Assembly (NCBI GenBank): GCA_965195285.1
Contig: CBDAFS010000046.1
Span: forward strand, 1-53,772
Origin: an uncultured Aminicenantes bacterium
GTDB lineage: Bacteria > Acidobacteriota > Aminicenantia > UBA2199
Direction: 5' to 3'
DNA length: 53,772 nucleotides
Part shown: piece after piece, positions 49,020 through 53,772 of the stretch
Layout: each line of letters starts with the position of its first letter
How positions within the stretch are numbered: position 1 is the first letter of the stretch
Translations under genes and position numbers: made by a program
Notes under the pieces: model-generated
Seen by the model: the letters and a program-made list of their open reading frames with translations, nothing else
Database searches by the model: none
What the model was told of the DNA's origin: nothing

Positions 49020-52000
49020 TTAATTAAAAGGAAGAGCTAAAGGCGAGCAATTAATATTTATTTGGTGCTCTAAGTAGTTCAATTTATTTGTTGCTTTTTT
49101 TATACTAAATTTTTTAATTCTTTTTTTATGTTCAGATCGGATGAATTGCGAACAAATATTCAACAACAACCAACCACTTTTATTTCTATCGGAACCCTGA
49201 CTTTTTAAAAATGGTGGAATTATCTCAATAAAAACATTTTCAGAGAAACGAAGTGAGATAGAATCATCTGAAAGGATTTTACATATAAATTCAGCGATAG
49301 TCTTTATTGAAGTGAGAGGAGCCACTCCATATTCCTTTGAAAGAATCATGTCTAAATGAAATGCTCTAATACATTCCGGTTTAAAAGACAAGAAACTATC
49401 ACCTTGAAACACAGCTTTGAACAAAATGTCAGAACTAATTGGTAAAAATTTACACCTATAAAAGCAAAGTAATTCAAATAAATCCAAATACTCAGAAAAC
49501 TGGATCAGGTTTTTCTCAACCATTTCTTTAACTAGAAACAAGGAAGAACAATACTCCGGGATGCTTTTTGAAGTTTCGGATGCATTAGTACTTAGGTAAA
49601 GAGAATCCTCTGTTAATAATGCTAAATTGTCCCTCTGAGCCAAAACACAAGCATCAACTATTTCAGGTGGCATGTTTTGCTCAATAAAACTATTATTTTT
49701 GCTGGCATTAGAAATTGCTATAATATTCTCCGATTTATCCTCAATTAATTTAATACAATTTATTAAATTTTCCTTCTTAGCTACCAAAAAATCAGATGAT
49801 ACTTTCCCAAATTTCGGCTCACCCTTAACATAGCTAAGATAGAGGTTCTGTCCATTTTTAGAATTGAAATATTCAACCATATTATATAAAAAATTGAGAA
49901 CTGATTGACTTACTTTTAAATTCGGAATTGTCTTAAATACTTTGCTAAATAATTTACTTTCCACCAAAAATAATGTTGATATCCCATCAATAATAGCTTC
50001 AGAGTCATTAAGGATTCTTATTGCCACTTTCTTGTGCTTTAAAAATTCTTGCCTATTGCCCAAAATATTATGAATATACCCCTTTTGTTCTGCGACAATC
50101 TTGCCTAGAGCACGTAAAATTCCATTTTCACTTTTTACAAGAAAGGCAAAGGGCAAGAAGCTTTCACAGTAAAATTGAAAAAATTCATTTTCTGCTCTTG
50201 TTTGATCTTCAAGGAATCGCTTCAAATAGGAAGTGTCGATTGTTTTACCATCCGAAGGTATTTCTATAGGAATGGCATAGTCCCATCTTCTTTCATGAGA
50301 TTGAAGTTTAAAATTATCTTGCACTTTAATGAAAATATAACCTTCAATAGATAGAATGTTTTCAATTATTCTCTCTTCAATCATAGAACTATATTTATCT
50401 TCTGGAAAATCAATTTTGCTTCCTAATTTCCTACCAATAAAAGAAGAATATTTCGAATCAGTGTTAGAAATTTTTGTTGCTCCAAGTCCTATACCATCTC
50501 CAATATAATACCAATGATCTTGGTTTTTAATTTTTACAAAACTGTCATTCCTTACATTGGCCATGGATGAAACAGATATCTTAGATAGATTATCTATCTG
50601 AGTTAAAATTAAGAATAATCTGCCATATTCCTCTGAATTTGGATTCTTTAAAGTTTTTACCCCATCTACAACAGCCATTAATGCCTTTCTTGGGTTATCA
50701 TTTTGCAGATAAGTTTCCGCTTCAATTCTGAATTTGATTTCAGGAGTTTTAATAATCTCTGAATAATCTTCCAAAAGGCTTAACGCTTCAACAGTCTTTC
50801 CTATCTTTAATTGTGCTTGAATCACTTGTGTCAACACACCCTCTAGTACTTCTGGATTTAAATGATGAATGATTAATTCCTGTTCCTTTAGAAGACTTCG
50901 TCCTATTTGAATTACTCTTGAATTTTGCCCAAGATTATATGTAGCAAAAAAAAGTCTTAAATCAGTAATAAGTTTGTCTTTTGATGTCAAATTAAAGGAT
51001 TTAAATCTTTCAAGGATCTTAGATTCGATTTCCCAAGCCTGCATTTTGTGAGCTAAGTCCGAAAATATTTTGCAATCCAAAAAACAGATCTGAGATATAT
51101 CTATTTGTTTTAGAATCTCAAAAGCCTCATCAAGAAAATTGTTTTCAAAATAATATAGAAGCCAGACTTTATCATTCTGTATACGCCCATCCTGTGGGAG
51201 GCCAGTGATGATTTCTTTCCGGATTACTGGAAAGTCCTTGAGACCATTCGCTAATCCAAGCATAAATTGGAGATTCTTGTTGGCAAAACTAAGCACCTCT
51301 TGAATATTTCCATCTACAATATTGGAAATAAAATCAATTCCCTTCTTCATTCCCAAGGTTTCAAAAAATTCTTTCCCAGATGTGGTTAAATTTCCTAACT
51401 GACAAAATTGAAGAAGTAAAGAATAGATGAGTCCTTCAGAATAATTAGTTCGCTTATTCTTCAAATAATCTGAAAGCTTTTCTAGATCATTCTCTTCAAG
51501 CAGTACATCGAAAAGAATTCTACTTAAAAGAGATTCGGTTTTATCATCCAAATAACAAGAATAGATGCTATCAAATATCATTCTTGCAATAGCTTCAAAA
51601 GTATCATACTGATCTAACTCAAGCAAAAGGTCTAATTTTATTATATGTAAATTATTTATTTTTCTTTGGCTGACCCTTCCCAAATTAGAAAATTTCTCGA
51701 ATAGTTTGTCTATATTTTCGAGGACTTCTTCAATCTGATTGAATGACCTTTGTTTATCATCAAATAATTTAGCACTAAGAATAACAAATCTATTAACATA
51801 ATTATCAAACCTCTCTGGATTTAAACTTATTGATATGTCTGCAAATTCAAGGGCCCTTGATAACTTCCCCTCTTTTAAAAAAAAAATCGAAATAATTCTA
51901 TAAAAAATCGATTGAATTCGTTTTTCTTCAGAATGAACACCTTGGATAATTTTCTCTGGATCGAACTCCATCTTGTCATCTAAGTCTCTTATCAATTTTT

Positions 52001-52850
52001 GGATTTTGAATAACCAATGTTCCGTATCTATACTTTCCGCAAGAGACATTAATTCATCATCTTTATCTAAATCACTCTCATAAAAATAAATTTCAGCTAA
52101 ATACAAAATTGCTCGTATATCAGAAGAGTGACATTGAATAATTGATTCATATATTTTCTTGGCTTCTTCTGCATCTTCATTGAGTAGGGCCGCCTTGCCT
52201 TCTAGAATTCTGAGTTCTAGCAACAATTCTGGATCCACCCCATTCTTTAAAGTTGATTTAACTTTTTCAATTCCCTTCAAAACATAGTCAACATGACCTC
52301 GATCAAGGTCAATCTGGACACTTTCGATTAGGTTGTGAACAATTTTGATTGAATGGCGAACATCAATATGAAATCCTAAATCTATCAATTGGGTATTATC
52401 CAATCTAAGAAAAATTTCTTCGAGATTTTTTAAAGAGAATATTTCGAACTCAATATTTAGATAATTATTTTTATGAACAGACAAAGCATCCAGCAATTGT
52501 GGAGATTTGCCTCGTTCTTTATCATTAAAAACAAAACACCATTTTTTGATTGGGAATTTTTTGTTCCAATATTCGTAAAGTGGAGGAAAGTCATTTAATA
52601 GCTTTCGAGCTGCATCAGCTTGCTTTATTTCAGGACATTCAGGCGCATAAACCTGATAATAAATCCCTTTACTTATTCTAAATCCATCATTTTTTCTATC
52701 TCCTAATCTCCCAGACGGTTTAATTTTTTCGAAATCATCGAATGCCGCTCTCATTATTCCTTCAAAAAATGTTTGAAATTCAATTCCATTTTTTCTAAAT
52801 ACATGATTAAAAAATTGTGCTTTTAGATACTGTTTATCCAGTATTCTCAT
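49020..52850 (-). CDS. Large AT-rich multidomain protein: nuclease-like N-terminus, TPRs, GreA/B-C-like domain, PIN-like domain (putative defence)
   Basis: GRLGDRKNDG..YYQVYAP; helical repeats; ISNTDSKYSSFIGRKLG; IIDGIS...DACVLA...LLTED. Confidence 0.7.
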   Translation of the reverse strand: MRILDKQYLKAQFFNHVFRKNGIEFQTFFEGIMRAAFDDFEKIKPSGRLGDRKNDGFRISKGIYYQVYAPECPEIKQADAARKLLNDFPPLYEYWNKKFPIKKWCFVFNDKERGKSPQLLDALSVHKNNYLNIEFEIFSLKNLEEIFLRLDNTQLIDLGFHIDVRHSIKIVHNLIESVQIDLDRGHVDYVLKGIEKVKSTLKNGVDPELLLELRILEGKAALLNEDAEEAKKIYESIIQCHSSDIRAILYLAEIYFYESDLDKDDELMSLAESIDTEHWLFKIQKLIRDLDDKMEFDPEKIIQGVHSEEKRIQSIFYRIISIFFLKEGKLSRALEFADISISLNPERFDNYVNRFVILSAKLFDDKQRSFNQIEEVLENIDKLFEKFSNLGRVSQRKINNLHIIKLDLLLELDQYDTFEAIARMIFDSIYSCYLDDKTESLLSRILFDVLLEENDLEKLSDYLKNKRTNYSEGLIYSLLLQFCQLGNLTTSGKEFFETLGMKKGIDFISNIVDGNIQEVLSFANKNLQFMLGLANGLKDFPVIRKEIITGLPQDGRIQNDKVWLLYYFENNFLDEAFEILKQIDISQICFLDCKIFSDLAHKMQAWEIESKILERFKSFNLTSKDKLITDLRLFFATYNLGQNSRVIQIGRSLLKEQELIIHHLNPEVLEGVLTQVIQAQLKIGKTVEALSLLEDYSEIIKTPEIKFRIEAETYLQNDNPRKALMAVVDGVKTLKNPNSEEYGRLFLILTQIDNLSKISVSSMANVRNDSFVKIKNQDHWYYIGDGIGLGATKISNTDSKYSSFIGRKLGSKIDFPEDKYSSMIEERIIENILSIEGYIFIKVQDNFKLQSHERRWDYAIPIEIPSDGKTIDTSYLKRFLEDQTRAENEFFQFYCESFLPFAFLVKSENGILRALGKIVAEQKGYIHNILGNRQEFLKHKKVAIRILNDSEAIIDGISTLFLVESKLFSKVFKTIPNLKVSQSVLNFLYNMVEYFNSKNGQNLYLSYVKGEPKFGKVSSDFLVAKKENLINCIKLIEDKSENIIAISNASKNNSFIEQNMPPEIVDACVLAQRDNLALLTEDSLYLSTNASETSKSIPEYCSSLFLVKEMVEKNLIQFSEYLDLFELLCFYRCKFLPISSDILFKAVFQGDSFLSFKPECIRAFHLDMILSKEYGVAPLTSIKTIAEFICKILSDDSISLRFSENVFIEIIPPFLKSQGSDRNKSGWLLLNICSQFIRSEHKKRIKKFSIKKATNKLNYLEHQININCSPLALPFN

Positions 52851-53042
52851 AAATCTTTCACCAACATCTTATGTTTCATAAAATCACAACTTTAATATTT
52901 GACTAAATCGATAAATTATATTCTTGCTCCAATCTCCCTAAGTTTTTCTTGTAATACAAGTTTAGTTAAAATTATAGCATATATTTTTATAGGTCGGTTA
53001 TTATGTTTAAATTTTTTTAACCGGTCAATTCTAGTATGTCCG

Positions 53043-53271
53043 AATTTGTCGAACCCATTGGGGGTTCTCACCAACAAAATTGTGCCATGCACCGTATGGT
53101 ACATGGCGGAGGGACTGGGGTGGATGGACAACCGCTGTTGCCCACCCTGACGGGCTGCTCACTGCGTTCACATTCCAAATTCGAGTCTTTCGAATTTGTC
53201 GAACCCATTGTGGGTTCTCACCGCAGCCAAGATTCAAAAAAATGATACACAAGGTATCATTTTTTTGAATC
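53043..53271 (-). repeat. tRNA-Ser 3'-tail repeat units (proximal copies)
   Basis: Tail copy at 53107-53119, 164 bp from the true tRNA end; core motif at 53046 and 53196. Confidence 0.9.
53231..53271 (-). terminator. Hairpin immediately 3' of tRNA-Ser (terminator-like or processing signal)
   Basis: Perfect 18-bp stem GATTCAAAAAAATGATAC-N5-GTATCATTTTTTTGAATC; AT-rich stem with no classical U-tract. Confidence 0.45.
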
Positions 53272-53357
53272 GGAGGGACTGGGATTCGAACCCAGGGACC
53301 CTGTGATGGGTCAACGATTTTCGAGACCGTCCCGTTCAACCGCTCCGGCATCCCTCC
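53271..53357 (-). tRNA. tRNA-Ser(CGA)
   Basis: GGAGGGA acceptor, anticodon loop CT-CGA-AA, long variable arm GACCC-ATCACA-GGGTC, GTTCGAATC T-loop, G discriminator; CCA not encoded. Confidence 0.95.
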
Positions 53358-53772
53358 TTTCCTGAAAAAATGCCTTTAACATATCGGAAACTTGCTGCTG
53401 CAAGATTCCGGATTCCACCTGAATGGAATGGTTGTAAATATCATTGATACGTTCGAAAGCCCCGGTGGAAAAAATCCCGGTTTTGGGATCCCGGGCCGCA
53501 TACACCAGTCGCCTGACACGGGCATGCACCAGGGCTGAAAAACACATCAGGCAGGGTTCCAGGGTTACATAGATTTCAGAACCGGATAAACGGTAGTTTC
53601 GGATCTTTTTACCGGCCTTCCTCAGGGCCACCACTTCGGCATGGGCACTGGAATCGGATTTCCCGATCATTGAATTATATCCCCGGCCGATTATATCTCC
53701 GTCCCGAACCACCACAGCCCCCACCGGCACTTCACCCCGGTCCCGGGCCATCCTGGCTTCCGCCAGTGCCTG
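53311..53772 (-). CDS. tadA: tRNA adenosine(34) deaminase, 5' end truncated by the window edge
   Basis: EVPVGAV, AHAE, VTLEPCLMC, DPKTG; the frame stays open to the window end (QALAEARM...). Confidence 0.93.
   Translation of the reverse strand, partial: QALAEARMARDRGEVPVGAVVVRDGDIIGRGYNSMIGKSDSSAHAEVVALRKAGKKIRNYRLSGSEIYVTLEPCLMCFSALVHARVRRLVYAARDPKTGIFSTGAFERINDIYNHSIQVESGILQQQVSDMLKAFFQERRDAGAVERDGLENR

Noticed and set aside
45925-53283. Repeats near tRNA-Ser as a CRISPR array
   Set aside because: Spacing is irregular (150 bp to kilobases), the repeats contain tRNA sequence, and no cas genes are present
52899-53351. Several 60-106 aa ORFs around the tRNA-Ser repeats (and 48780-49040)
   Set aside because: They are translations of the tRNA and repeat sequence

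Overview
Bacterial chromosomal window from a Gram-negative (lipid A genes, PilQ secretin), probably anaerobic or microaerophilic organism. No CRISPR array, rRNA, prophage or integrase is visible. From left to right: a flavodoxin pair; an ATL gene; a 6-heme cytochrome / beta-barrel / 15-heme cytochrome triplet (candidate porin-cytochrome conduit); an ArsR-ArsP-thioredoxins-CcdA-Acr3 arsenic operon; PerR-catalase; an accessory stretch (12.4-23 kb) punctuated by one intact and two broken RAYT-type Y1 transposases and ending at tRNA-Thr(CGT); two unusual structured intergenic regions; housekeeping genes (yraN, split LKR/SDH, mutL, def-fmt-rsmB); a pilMNOPQ operon extended by two lipoproteins, a TPR protein and an MglC-like roadblock protein; waaA-lpxK-lpxL-rph; and a tRNA-Ser(CGA) locus overlapping tadA. 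The most striking structure is an array of ~164-bp repeats downstream of tRNA-Ser that each regenerate the tRNA 3' tail. Two gene blocks adjoin the same repeat motif with no integrase nearby, and one block is an AT-rich 1276-aa gene with an apparent nuclease-TPR-GreA/B-C-PIN defence architecture. All family assignments are from motif recognition by eye; no searches or folding programs were run.
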